Origin: Aggregatilineales bacterium
GTDB lineage: Bacteria; Chloroflexota; Anaerolineae; Aggregatilineales; Ch27
DNA: 64,000 nt
Assembly: GCA_029976025.1 (NCBI GenBank)
Contig: JARKNX010000021.1
Location: forward strand, 19,624 to 83,623
Direction of reading: 5' to 3'
In this document: positions 1 through 8,977 of the stretch, piece by piece
Numbering within the stretch: the first letter of the stretch is position 1
Layout of the letters: every line of letters begins with the position of its first letter
The notes under the pieces: model-generated
The model's input: the letters and a program-made list of their open reading frames with translations, nothing else
Database searches by the model: none
Told to the model about the DNA's origin: nothing
Made by a program: the position numbers and the translations under genes

Positions 1-17
1 GCAGATGAGACGCTCCT

Positions 18-66
18 CCCCTCTCCCCGCGGCGAAGCCGCAGAGGGAGAGGGGCCGGGGGTGAGG
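18..66. repeat. REP-like palindrome (CCCCTCTCCC...GGGAGAGGGG-CCGGGGGTGAGG type)
   Basis: Inverted repeat cccctctccc/gggagagggg followed by gggggtgagg; related element at 40367-40434. Confidence 0.6.
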
Positions 67-89
67 TCCTACTCTTTTTCCCCCGCCTG

Positions 90-98
90 TGCTACACT
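90..98 (+). promoter_or_regulatory. Candidate extended -10 (TGcTACACT) for nuoABCD
   Basis: TGn-TAnnnT match upstream of nuoA. Confidence 0.4.
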
Positions 99-230
99 CG
101 CCGTTGTTCGCGGGGGCGAATTATCGCGACTGGATTGACGCCCGCCGCGCCGTGTGTTAATCTCGCCAATCAGACAGGTTTTACCCGATTGGCCGGCCTC
201 CTGTGCCGGCAGCAGTCCGGGAGCGCGACC

Positions 231-584
231 GTGCAAGACTTTTTGCCCATTGGGATTCTGATCCTGATCACTGTGCTGCTGGTGGTCTTTGTCTCGGTGA
301 TGTCCCGCCTGTTCGGGCCATTCCGCCCCACGCGGCGCAAGCAGATGCCCTATGAGAGCGGCGTGGACCCGATCGGCCCGGCCATCCGCCGCCTGCCGAT
401 CAAGTTCTACCTCACCGCCGTGCTGTTCATCCTGTTCGATATTGAGGTGGTATTCTTTTTGCCCTGGGCGGTTGTCATGCGCCGGATGGGCCTGTTCGGA
501 TTGTTCGAGATGCTGATCTTCACCGCCATTTTGCTGGCCGGGTACGTTTATGCCTGGCGCAAAGGAGCGCTGCAATGGGAGTAG
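231..584 (+). CDS. nuoA: NADH-quinone oxidoreductase subunit A
   Basis: [22 protein letters not shown] and KGALQWE motifs; start moved to GTG 231 after GGGAG RBS. Confidence 0.95.
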   Translation: MQDFLPIGILILITVLLVVFVSVMSRLFGPFRPTRRKQMPYESGVDPIGPAIRRLPIKFYLTAVLFILFDIEVVFFLPWAVVMRRMGLFGLFEMLIFTAILLAGYVYAWRKGALQWE

Positions 585-1093
585 CCGCATCCGGGGCCGG
601 CAAGACCGGCGCGCCCGGGATGGTCACCACAACGCTGGAAGAGATGGTCAACTGGGCGCGCTCCGGCGCGATGTGGCCGCTCGGCTTCGGCCTGGCCTGC
701 TGTGCCATTGAGATGATGAGCACCCAGGCCAGCAGTTATGACCTCTCCCGCTTCGGGATGGAGCTGATGCGCCCCAGCCCGCGGCAAGCCGACATGATTA
801 TTGTAGCCGGGCGGGTGACCCGCAAGATGGCCCCCGTGCTGCGCCGGCTGTACGACCAGATGCCAGACCCCAAGTGGGTGCTGGCCATGGGCGACTGCGC
901 CAGTTGCGGCGGCGTCTACAACAACTACGCCGTCGTGCAGGGCGTGGATGAGATTGTGCCGGTGGATGTTTACGTCGCCGGCTGTCCCCCCCGCCCGGAG
1001 CAGCTTATCCATGGCATCATGACCCTGCATGAGAAGGTGCGGGGCGAGCAGTCGTTCAGCAAGTGGCGCGGCGATTTCATCCGGCTCGGGTAG
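575..1093 (+). CDS. nuoB: NADH-quinone oxidoreductase subunit B
   Basis: [28 protein letters not shown] (N2 ligands intact); overlaps the nuoA stop. Confidence 0.97.
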   Translation: MGVAASGAGKTGAPGMVTTTLEEMVNWARSGAMWPLGFGLACCAIEMMSTQASSYDLSRFGMELMRPSPRQADMIIVAGRVTRKMAPVLRRLYDQMPDPKWVLAMGDCASCGGVYNNYAVVQGVDEIVPVDVYVAGCPPRPEQLIHGIMTLHEKVRGEQSFSKWRGDFIRLG

Positions 1094-1133
1094 GCGGGGC
1101 CGCCCGAGGCTTTGAGCAAGGCGAGATAAACGT

Positions 1134-1649
1134 ATGCAGCCCAGTGACCCGGTAGCCGCTCTTCGTCAGGCATTTCCGAAAGCTGTTCAGGACGTGATCC
1201 AGTTCCGCGGGGAGACGACGATTATCATCGACCCGCCGCAGATCGCCCGCGTCGCCGCCCACCTGCGCGACGCCGAAGGGCTGAAGTACAACTTCCTTGT
1301 CAGCATCGTCGGCGTTGACTACCTGCCGGAAAGCCCGCGCTTCGCCGTGGACTACCACCTGCACTCCCTGATCTTCAACCAGGCGGTCCGGCTGAAGGTG
1401 CGCCTGGAGGAAGGCCAGTCCGTCCCCAGCGTGACGCCGCTCTGGTCGGGCGCCAACTGGCAGGAGCGCGAAGTCTACGACATGTTCGGCATCACCTTTG
1501 AAGGCCACCCGGACCTCCGCCGTATCCTGATGCCGGAAGGGTGGGACGGCTTCCCCCATCGCAAGGATTACCCGCTGGGCTATGAAGTCGTCCAGTTCTC
1601 GTTTAACTTCGACGAGATTAACCGCAACAAACCTTACGCCAAAGAATAG
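1134..1649 (+). CDS. nuoC: NADH-quinone oxidoreductase subunit C
   Basis: [34 protein letters not shown]. Confidence 0.96.
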   Translation: MQPSDPVAALRQAFPKAVQDVIQFRGETTIIIDPPQIARVAAHLRDAEGLKYNFLVSIVGVDYLPESPRFAVDYHLHSLIFNQAVRLKVRLEEGQSVPSVTPLWSGANWQEREVYDMFGITFEGHPDLRRILMPEGWDGFPHRKDYPLGYEVVQFSFNFDEINRNKPYAKE

Positions 1650-1701
1650 CGGGCCGGCCTCCGCTGCGCCCGCAGCACGTGAGTACCAACGGGAGCGCAT
1701 C

Positions 1702-2952
1702 ATGACCATTTCCCCAGAGATGACCCGGTGGGAAGGGACGCTGGATGAGCTGAAGCACCTGGTATCGCCCCGGGCGCTGACCGGCGAGACTGTGCTGCTC
1801 AACATGGGGCCGCAGCACCCCAGCACGCACGGCGTGCTGCGCCTGCTGCTGGAGCTTGACGGCGAGCAGATCGTCACCGTCGTGCCCGATATTGGCTACC
1901 TGCACACCGGCATCGAGAAGAACATGGAGTCCAAGCGGTACGAGCAGGCCATCGTCATGACCGACCGCATGGACTACCTGGCTCCCTTCAGCAACAATCT
2001 GGTCTTCTGTCTGGCGATCGAAAAGCTGGCCGATATCGACGTGCCGGAGCGCGCCCAGATCATCCGCGTCCTGGTGGCGGAGTTGACGCGCCTCAACAGC
2101 CATCTGGTCTGGCTGGGCACGCACGCCCTGGACATCGGGGCCATGAGCGTCTTGCTTTACGCCTTCCGCGAGCGCGAGATGATCCTCGACATGTTCGAGA
2201 TGATCTCCGGCCAGCGGATGATGGGCACGTACTTCCGCCCCGGCGGCGTCTGGCGCGATATCACCTCGGAATTCCTCCCGGCGGTGGAAAAATTCCTGGA
2301 TTACCTGCCGGGCCGCATCGACGAATATGAGGCCCTGCTGACCAAAAACCCGCTGTGGGTTGACCGCACGCAGGGCATCGGCGTCATCACGCCGGAGGAT
2401 GCGATTGCGCTCGGCCTGGGCGGGGCGATCCTGCGAGCCAGCGGCGTCAACTTCGACGTGCGCAAGGCCGTCCCCTACAGCGGCTATGAGACCTACGACT
2501 TCGATGTCCCGCTCGGCCTGCACGGCGACACCTACGACCGCTACATCGTCCGTGTCGAGGAGATGCGCCAGAGCCTCCGCATCATCCGCCAGGCCGCCGA
2601 ACGCCTGACTAAAGTCAAAGGCCCATTCCGCACCGAGAATCGCAAGTTTGCGCCGCCGCCCCGCGCCGAGCTTGGCCAGAGCATGGAGGCCGTCATCCAC
2701 CACTTCAAGCTGTGGACGGAAGGCTTCAATGTGCCCCGGGGCGAGGTGCAGGTCATGGTTGAAAGCCCGCGCGGCGTCCTGGCCTGTTACCTGAGCGGGG
2801 ACGGCGGCAACAAGCCGCACCGGGTGCACTTCCGCACGCCATCGTTCGTCAATATTCAGGCTATCCCCTATGCCGCGCGCGGCCATCTGATTGCCGATCT
2901 GGTCGCCATTATCGGCACGTTTGATCCGGTCCTCGGAGACTGCGATCGTTAG
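1702..2952 (+). CDS. nuoD: NADH-quinone oxidoreductase subunit D
   Basis: NMGPQHPSTHGVLRL, GYLHTGIEK, C-terminal DPVLGDCDR; start ATG 1702 after GGGAG. Confidence 0.97.
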   Translation: MTISPEMTRWEGTLDELKHLVSPRALTGETVLLNMGPQHPSTHGVLRLLLELDGEQIVTVVPDIGYLHTGIEKNMESKRYEQAIVMTDRMDYLAPFSNNLVFCLAIEKLADIDVPERAQIIRVLVAELTRLNSHLVWLGTHALDIGAMSVLLYAFREREMILDMFEMISGQRMMGTYFRPGGVWRDITSEFLPAVEKFLDYLPGRIDEYEALLTKNPLWVDRTQGIGVITPEDAIALGLGGAILRASGVNFDVRKAVPYSGYETYDFDVPLGLHGDTYDRYIVRVEEMRQSLRIIRQAAERLTKVKGPFRTENRKFAPPPRAELGQSMEAVIHHFKLWTEGFNVPRGEVQVMVESPRGVLACYLSGDGGNKPHRVHFRTPSFVNIQAIPYAARGHLIADLVAIIGTFDPVLGDCDR

Positions 2953-2972
2953 TCGGACTGAACGAGGCGGAT

Positions 2973-3473
2973 ATGGCCTGGAAATGGCGGGAATGGCTGT
3001 CGCCGCTGCTGGAAATCTTCGAGCCGCCGCTGGACTCTCTGCCGTCGGATGAGCAGGTTCGGCGCATCCTGCGCGATGTGAGCCGCCTGAAGAAGCCCAC
3101 TCATTACGATCTGACCCGCGCCGCCGGCCAGCTCAGCGCGCTCGGGCAGCCGGCGGTGGACCCCCTGATCGTGGCTGCGCTCAGCAGCCGCAGCCGCTTT
3201 GCCCAGCAGGTCGCCGCGGAGGCGCTCGGCCTGATCGGCGATCGACAGGCTGTCATCCCCCTGATCGAGGTGCTGAAGATCGAGACCTTCGAGGTGGCTG
3301 TCTGCGCGGCCCGTGCGCTGGGCCGGCTGGGCGATGAGCGCGCCCGCGAGCCGCTGGAGTTCGCCGCGCGGTTCGGCTCAACGCGCGTCAAAGAGGCGGC
3401 GTCAGAGGCGCTCAGCAATCTGATGTACGCTGCCGCTGTTTACCCCGCCGGATCAGCACCGCCTCATTCCTGA
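2973..3473 (+). CDS. HEAT/PBS-lyase repeat protein
   Basis: Repeated AAEALGLIGD / AARALGRLGDERA motifs; 20 bp after nuoD. Confidence 0.85.
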   Translation: MAWKWREWLSPLLEIFEPPLDSLPSDEQVRRILRDVSRLKKPTHYDLTRAAGQLSALGQPAVDPLIVAALSSRSRFAQQVAAEALGLIGDRQAVIPLIEVLKIETFEVAVCAARALGRLGDERAREPLEFAARFGSTRVKEAASEALSNLMYAAAVYPAGSAPPHS

Positions 3474-3490
3474 GTACACCGCAATTGAAC

Positions 3491-3528
3491 GCGCCGGGGT
3501 GGCTCGCCAGCCGCCCCGGCGTCTTTTT
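3491..3528 (+). terminator. Intrinsic terminator
   Basis: GC stem gcgccggggtggc/gccgccccggcgt followed by a T-tract. Confidence 0.75.
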
Positions 3529-3608
3529 GCCGGCCCGTGCGCGCGGCAGTATATAATGGGGGCGGGACATCACCCCCACGGACCGGATTGTCATAAGGAG
3601 CGGAGAGA

Positions 3609-5303
3609 ATGGTGTTGAGGAGAATTGGGATCCTGACCGGGCTGCTGACGCTGATTTTGCCGCCGGCGATTCTGCCGCCGGCGATTCTGCCGGCGGCGGC
3701 CCTGGCTCAGGAGGCGTCGGCCTACGCCGTCGTGACGCACTATCCCGCCCCGGGCGGGATGGAGCCAGCGCCAACGGATGCGGTGGCGGTGGCTTACGGT
3801 GTCTACAACAATCGCGAGAACGACTACCGCGCCGTGACGCAGGCGCGCGTGGACGAAGTCGCTGCCCTGATTGAGGCGGAGACCGGCTTCCGCCCCCTCA
3901 TTCACAACGCCTGGGAAGACGCCGTCGAGGGCGCTGCCACGCTCCAGATCGTCAACAACGTCGCCGTGGAAGGCGCGCTTTACACGCTGTTCCTGCCGCC
4001 CGGCTGGACCAGAGCGGCCCGGCTGCCCGTCCTGCTCAGCGGCAACGGGGCCGGCACCAGCAACAACGAGCGCCTGTACGCCGACAGGGAGATCATCCCG
4101 GCGCGGGTGGCCGCAGTCGGCGCGTCTGCTGAGGGCGGCGGCCTGATTGTCGCCATCAGCAACTGTGGCGGCACGGAGAGCCAGGGCGTCGATGAGCCGA
4201 CCTACCGCTCGGTGGGCGCTTTTCTGAGCTGGATCGACGACAACGGCGGCGACAAGCGCAACGTGATCACCGCCGGGGGTAGCCGCGGCGGCGGCTCGGC
4301 TCTGATGTGGGCCATCAACCCGCTGGGGCTGGACTACGATGTGCGCACGGTGTTCGCCGTCGTCCCGCCCACGCATTACGGCTCGCTCAGCCGCGCCAGC
4401 GTGCTGACTTACCCCTCCATGGCCAATATCGGCGCGCTGCTCAGCCATGCTGCGGACGCCTGGCGCTACGACAATCCGGATGCGCCGGTCAACGCTCAAC
4501 CGTCGCCGTTTCTGGAGGCCATCCTCGGCACCGGCGACCCGGATGAGGCCGATGCCCGCAGCCCGATCGGCCTGGCTGAGAGGCTGGTCGGCAAGCAGGT
4601 CCTGATCGCCGCCGGGGCGCACGACGCTTTCTTCCCGCTTTCGCACTTTCTGGAATTCGACCGCCGGCTGGGGGAACTGGATATCCCGCACACAATGATT
4701 CTCACTCTGGCCAGCGGGCATGAGAGCAGCCGCTTCTTTGAGCGATTGCTCTTCATCTACCTGCTCAGCCTGTCGCACGGCGTGCAGACGACGCTGCCGG
4801 ACGGCCGCTTCTATTTCATTGACGCTGATCCGGAGCAGGGCAGGCAGATTTCGCTGCGCGAGTTCTTCGCGGAGCGCGGCATCGAGGCTGACCCCGGCGA
4901 CCTGCCGGTGATCGCCCAGTTCCCCTACCGGGCGGGCGTGGGCAACCCGGTCGATGTGGTTGTGTGCGGCAGGCCCGGCGACGCGATCGCTCTGACGCTG
5001 AGCGGCGCGGACGGCGCGGCTGTCTACGCGCTCCGGGCCACGCTGGACGCGACCGAGTGCGCGGCGGAACGGACTGCCTTCACCTTCGCCCCCGGCACGT
5101 ACACCTGGGCGCTGACGGTCAACGGGCAGGCGGTCAACCCGCTCTACACGCCGACGCGCACGGCAGACGGCTGTGCCCTGCGCGCCGTGACCTACCTGGA
5201 GGCGGAGCAGCCCGTCCCGGCGGATACTTACGCCTACCGGCGCACTATGAGCTTCGGCCTGGATCAGTACAGCGGCATCCCTGACGACTGCACGGTGGAA
5301 TAG
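3609..5303 (+). CDS. Secreted alpha/beta-hydrolase with C-terminal beta-rich domain
   Basis: Signal peptide ending ALA-Q; G-G-S-R-G nucleophile elbow, GAHDAFF (Asp), SGHES (His). Confidence 0.7.
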   Translation: MVLRRIGILTGLLTLILPPAILPPAILPAAALAQEASAYAVVTHYPAPGGMEPAPTDAVAVAYGVYNNRENDYRAVTQARVDEVAALIEAETGFRPLIHNAWEDAVEGAATLQIVNNVAVEGALYTLFLPPGWTRAARLPVLLSGNGAGTSNNERLYADREIIPARVAAVGASAEGGGLIVAISNCGGTESQGVDEPTYRSVGAFLSWIDDNGGDKRNVITAGGSRGGGSALMWAINPLGLDYDVRTVFAVVPPTHYGSLSRASVLTYPSMANIGALLSHAADAWRYDNPDAPVNAQPSPFLEAILGTGDPDEADARSPIGLAERLVGKQVLIAAGAHDAFFPLSHFLEFDRRLGELDIPHTMILTLASGHESSRFFERLLFIYLLSLSHGVQTTLPDGRFYFIDADPEQGRQISLREFFAERGIEADPGDLPVIAQFPYRAGVGNPVDVVVCGRPGDAIALTLSGADGAAVYALRATLDATECAAERTAFTFAPGTYTWALTVNGQAVNPLYTPTRTADGCALRAVTYLEAEQPVPADTYAYRRTMSFGLDQYSGIPDDCTVE

Positions 5304-5474
5304 GGGGCCGGCGCAGCGGCTTCGCAGGAGGTAGAGGAGGGCGGTCCGGGTGTTGCAGCAGCGGGCCGCCCTCCTTTTATGTTGAGTTATGTTGAGTTTT
5401 ACATTATCCGGGGTATCCTAGACTATAGCGACCGGCATCATCGTGATTTATCTGCTGGCGAGGTGAGGATATCC

Positions 5475-6881
5475 ATGAAGATCCTACTGGTTAACCCCCC
5501 GAGCGGCGAGCTGACCGTGGGCCTGAAGCATCTGGCGAAGGTAGAGCCGCTGGGCCTGGAGATCATCGGCGCCGCAGTCCCGGAGCATGAGGTCGAGCTG
5601 CTGGATATGGAGATCGACACCGATCTGGAGGGCGCGCTGCGACGCTTCAACCCGGATGTCGTTGGTGCGAGCGCCCAGGTGGTGCAGACCTATACGGCCC
5701 AGCGCGTGTTCAAAACGGTCAGGTCGTTCAACCCGTCCATTCTCACGGTGCTGGGCGGCCACCATGCCACGCTGTGCCCGCAGGAGTTCAATTCCCCCTA
5801 CATTGACGTGATCGTGCTTGGCGAAGGGGTGCCGGCCTTTCGGGAGATCATTGCCCGCTGGAATGAATCGCGGGAGTTGAATTTTGAGGATATTCAGGGG
5901 CTGGCCCTGCCGCGCCCGGAAGGGATGCACTTCACCGAGCTGCGCCCGTTCCCCGCCAATCTGGATCACATGCCCCGGCCCAACCGCGCCCTGACTGCCA
6001 GATATCGCTCGCACTATTTCTATCTGTTTGAAAATTCCGTGGCCTCCATCCAGACCTCGCTGGGCTGCACCTTCCCGTGCAACTTCTGTTCCTGCCAGCA
6101 CTTCACCCAGCGGCGTTTTATCGCTCGCTCTCCGGAGCTGATCATTGAAGACCTGAAGACTATCCAGGAAGACTTCATCATGTTTTGTGATGATCACTCC
6201 TTCATTGATGTGAAGCGCATGGAGCGGATGCACGACCTGATCGTGCAGGCGGGCATTAAGAAGCGCTACTTCGCCTACACGCGCACGGACTGCGTGGTGA
6301 AGAACCCGGAGATTTTTGCCAAGTGGGCGAAGATCGGCCTGGTGCTGGTGATGACCGGCCTCGAAGCGATTGATGACAGCCGCATCCATGAAGTGAACAA
6401 GAAAAGCAGCATCGAGATTAACGAGCAGGCCATCAAAATCCTGGCGGATAACGGCATCGCCATGAGCGCGGGGTTCCTGGTGATGCCGGATTACACCGAA
6501 GAAGACTTCAGGCGGATTGACGCCTATGTCAGCAAGCGCCCCAACATCGTCCTGACTGAGCTTACGCCGCTCACGCCGCTACCCGGCACCGGCTTTCATC
6601 AGGAGGCGCAGGACAGAGTCATCACCCACCATCGGGAGGTCTACGACCTGGCTCATTTCGTCCTGCCTACCACGGGGCTGCCCCAGCCGGGGATGTACCG
6701 TCTGATGCAGAAATACTACTTCCGGATCGCCCTCCGGGCGGCGTGGCGGCTGAAGCTCTTCCGCCCGCGGGCGGTCTTCAGGCGGCACATGCCGTTTCTG
6801 GTCAGCGGCGTGCTGCGCAATGGTTTCCTGATCAGGCGCATGCACAAGCACACGGCGGTCCCCGCGCCGGAGGAAATCTGA
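5475..6881 (+). CDS. B12-binding radical SAM protein (HpnR-like class B methylase family)
   Basis: MKILLVNPP..EPLGLE, LGGHHAT, GEG, CTFPCNFC (CxxxCxxC), TPLPGT, YDLAHFVLPT; start at ATG 5475. Confidence 0.88.
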   Translation: MKILLVNPPSGELTVGLKHLAKVEPLGLEIIGAAVPEHEVELLDMEIDTDLEGALRRFNPDVVGASAQVVQTYTAQRVFKTVRSFNPSILTVLGGHHATLCPQEFNSPYIDVIVLGEGVPAFREIIARWNESRELNFEDIQGLALPRPEGMHFTELRPFPANLDHMPRPNRALTARYRSHYFYLFENSVASIQTSLGCTFPCNFCSCQHFTQRRFIARSPELIIEDLKTIQEDFIMFCDDHSFIDVKRMERMHDLIVQAGIKKRYFAYTRTDCVVKNPEIFAKWAKIGLVLVMTGLEAIDDSRIHEVNKKSSIEINEQAIKILADNGIAMSAGFLVMPDYTEEDFRRIDAYVSKRPNIVLTELTPLTPLPGTGFHQEAQDRVITHHREVYDLAHFVLPTTGLPQPGMYRLMQKYYFRIALRAAWRLKLFRPRAVFRRHMPFLVSGVLRNGFLIRRMHKHTAVPAPEEI

Positions 6882-6883
6882 TC

Positions 6884-7705
6884 ATGAAAATTCAGTATCA
6901 CAACTGGTCTGGCATTACGCTGCATCAGGGCGACACGGTCATTGGCTTCGATCTGTACGGGGAGGCGGTGACCTGGGATTCCCTCCGGGAAGCCGGGACG
7001 ATCATCCTGTGTGTGACGCACGGCCACCCGGAACATGTGGGCACCTTGCGCGCCCTGCTGGAACTGCCGGAAGCCCGCCCGTATCTGGCGCGGGTCCACC
7101 TGATTTCGTCGGAGGCGGTGACGCGCCATATCAATGCCAGCGGCCTGCTGGCGCCGGAACAGGTGCATGCGGTCCGGGATGGCGAGCAGATCGCGATCAA
7201 CGGAGTGCAGATCGCGATCTTCACCTGGGTGCATATGCCGCTGCTGCCGCCCGGCTTTCGCGCCAGCGCCGAGTATATCCTCCAGTTGGCTCTGCACCCG
7301 CTCGATTTGCTGCGCATCGGGTGGCAGAGCCTGCGCCTGCCGCTCAACGCGCCCCAGTTCGGCTTTCACATTACCTACCCCGATGGCGCCACGGTTCTGA
7401 ACTATTCAGAAGGGGTGCACCGCCTGACCAACGCGGCTGAGGTGCAGCAGGTCGCCCGGGACCTGCCGGCTGAGACCCTCCTCTTTGCAGTCGAGCCAGA
7501 CGACGCCCAGGCCATCCCGCGCTGGGTGGAGATGCTCGCTCCGAAGGCGGTGGTGATCTACGAGGCGCACCGGCCCTGGCGCGATCTGTTCCGGCTGCCG
7601 TTCATCGATCTGGAGGAGTACGCCGGCGTCCTGGCAGGACGCTTCGCCGGGATCGCGTTCCGCGCGCTGATCACGCCCGGCCAGACCATTTCGGATGAGG
7701 GGTGA
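6884..7705 (+). CDS. MBL-fold metallo-hydrolase (HxHxEH variant)
   Basis: VTHGHPEHVG motif; starts 2 bp after the radical SAM stop. Confidence 0.7.
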   Translation: MKIQYHNWSGITLHQGDTVIGFDLYGEAVTWDSLREAGTIILCVTHGHPEHVGTLRALLELPEARPYLARVHLISSEAVTRHINASGLLAPEQVHAVRDGEQIAINGVQIAIFTWVHMPLLPPGFRASAEYILQLALHPLDLLRIGWQSLRLPLNAPQFGFHITYPDGATVLNYSEGVHRLTNAAEVQQVARDLPAETLLFAVEPDDAQAIPRWVEMLAPKAVVIYEAHRPWRDLFRLPFIDLEEYAGVLAGRFAGIAFRALITPGQTISDEG

Positions 7706-7767
7706 GGCGGGAGGCGTTTTTCGCGCCATCTGCCGGCTGTTTTTTACTGTGCGTTCTGGACAGGCTG

Positions 7768-7776
7768 TGTTATATT
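7768..7776 (+). promoter_or_regulatory. Candidate extended -10 (TGtTATATT) for nuoE
   Basis: TGn-TAnnnT ~45 bp upstream of nuoE, after a hairpin/T-tract at 7706-7745. Confidence 0.45.
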
Positions 7777-7821
7777 TCTCGCCAGTGACGAGGAGTTCCC
7801 CTGAAACAGCGAGGCGCATCC

Positions 7822-8355
7822 ATGCTCAAAGAGAAGTATGCCGATCGGATCGCGGCGATCTTTGCCAAATACCCCGACAAACGCTCGGCGATGATGCCGC
7901 TGCTGTACCTGGCGCAGGAAGAATACGGCTATGTGACCCCGGAGGCGCTCGGCGAGATCGCCGCCCTGATCGGCGTTGACCCGACGCAGGTCCGCTCCAT
8001 CTCCGGCTTTTACACCATGTTCCGCGAGGAGCCAAAGGGCAAGTACTGGCTCCAGGTCTGCACCGATCTGCCGTGCGCCCTGCGCGGCGCGGAGCAGTTC
8101 TACCAGGAACTGCTGGCCGAGCTGGATGTGGAAGACGGCGGCACAACCGCCGACGGCATGTTCACCGTCGAGCGTGTGATGTGCCTGGCCGCCTGCGACA
8201 GAGCCCCCGTGCTCCAGAACAACTTCCACTACCACGAGAATCTGGACATGGACAAGATGCGCGCCCTGATCCGGCAGTGGCGGGAAGAAGCGGGCCAGCC
8301 CGCCCCGGACGCCGCCGCTGATTCCGCCGACCCCGACGATTCCGCCGCCGGCTGA
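7822..8355 (+). CDS. nuoE: NADH-quinone oxidoreductase subunit E
   Basis: FYTMF, CTDLPC...CLAACDRAP (2Fe-2S N1a). Confidence 0.95.
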   Translation: MLKEKYADRIAAIFAKYPDKRSAMMPLLYLAQEEYGYVTPEALGEIAALIGVDPTQVRSISGFYTMFREEPKGKYWLQVCTDLPCALRGAEQFYQELLAELDVEDGGTTADGMFTVERVMCLAACDRAPVLQNNFHYHENLDMDKMRALIRQWREEAGQPAPDAAADSADPDDSAAG

Positions 8356-8390
8356 GATTCCCTTTCGCCATCGGAAAGGAGTCCGCGGTC

Positions 8391-8846
8391 ATGGCTGATT
8401 CAATCATCGTGCGCAATCTGACCGCTGCGGATTACGAGGCTGTGCGGGCGCTGTGGGAGGCTTCTGGCCTGCACACGCGCCCGGCGGGCCGGGATTCGGC
8501 GGCGGCCTTCGCCGCCCAGCTTGCCTCCGGCTGCCAGTTCGCCATCGGCCTGGTCGATACCGCCGCCCCCGGGGGCAGCCTGGTCGGCGTGGTGCTGGCG
8601 ACGACGGATAGCCGCCGCGGCTGGATCAACCGGCTGGCGGTGCACCCGGCCTACCGGCGGCGCGGGCTGGGCCTGCGCCTGGTCGCCGAGGCGGAGCGCG
8701 TCCTGCGCGACGATCTGGGCCTGCCCGTCCTGGCCGCCCACGTGGAAAGCTGGAACGAGCCGAGCCTGGCCCTGCTGATAAAGGCCGGCTATATCCGCGC
8801 CGATGGGGTGATTTACCTCTCCAAGCGGGCCAGCGACGACGTATGA
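8391..8846 (+). CDS. GNAT family N-acetyltransferase (YpeA-like)
   Basis: RRGWINRLAVHPAYRRRGLG acetyl-CoA motif. Confidence 0.9.
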   Translation: MADSIIVRNLTAADYEAVRALWEASGLHTRPAGRDSAAAFAAQLASGCQFAIGLVDTAAPGGSLVGVVLATTDSRRGWINRLAVHPAYRRRGLGLRLVAEAERVLRDDLGLPVLAAHVESWNEPSLALLIKAGYIRADGVIYLSKRASDDV

Positions 8847-8877
8847 GCGCCCGGGGCGCGCACGCCGGGCGCATTAA

Positions 8878-8905
8878 TTGCCAACTCCTCGCCGTCTGTT
8901 ATACT
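8878..8905 (+). promoter_or_regulatory. Candidate sigma70 promoter for nuoF
   Basis: TTGCCA-16-TATACT with TGn extension. Confidence 0.55.
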
Positions 8906-8977
8906 TAGACTGACCCTGTAGGAAATCGCCGCGGGGAGGGCTTTTTCCCTTCCCGCGTTTATGGAGCGAGCACACCA

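Noticed and set aside
6743-6883. Upstream-extended starts in the ORF track (here, and for nuoA, nuoD, nuoG, nuoN and others)
   Set aside because: They overlap neighbouring genes or promoters; downstream starts match RBS positions and family N-termini
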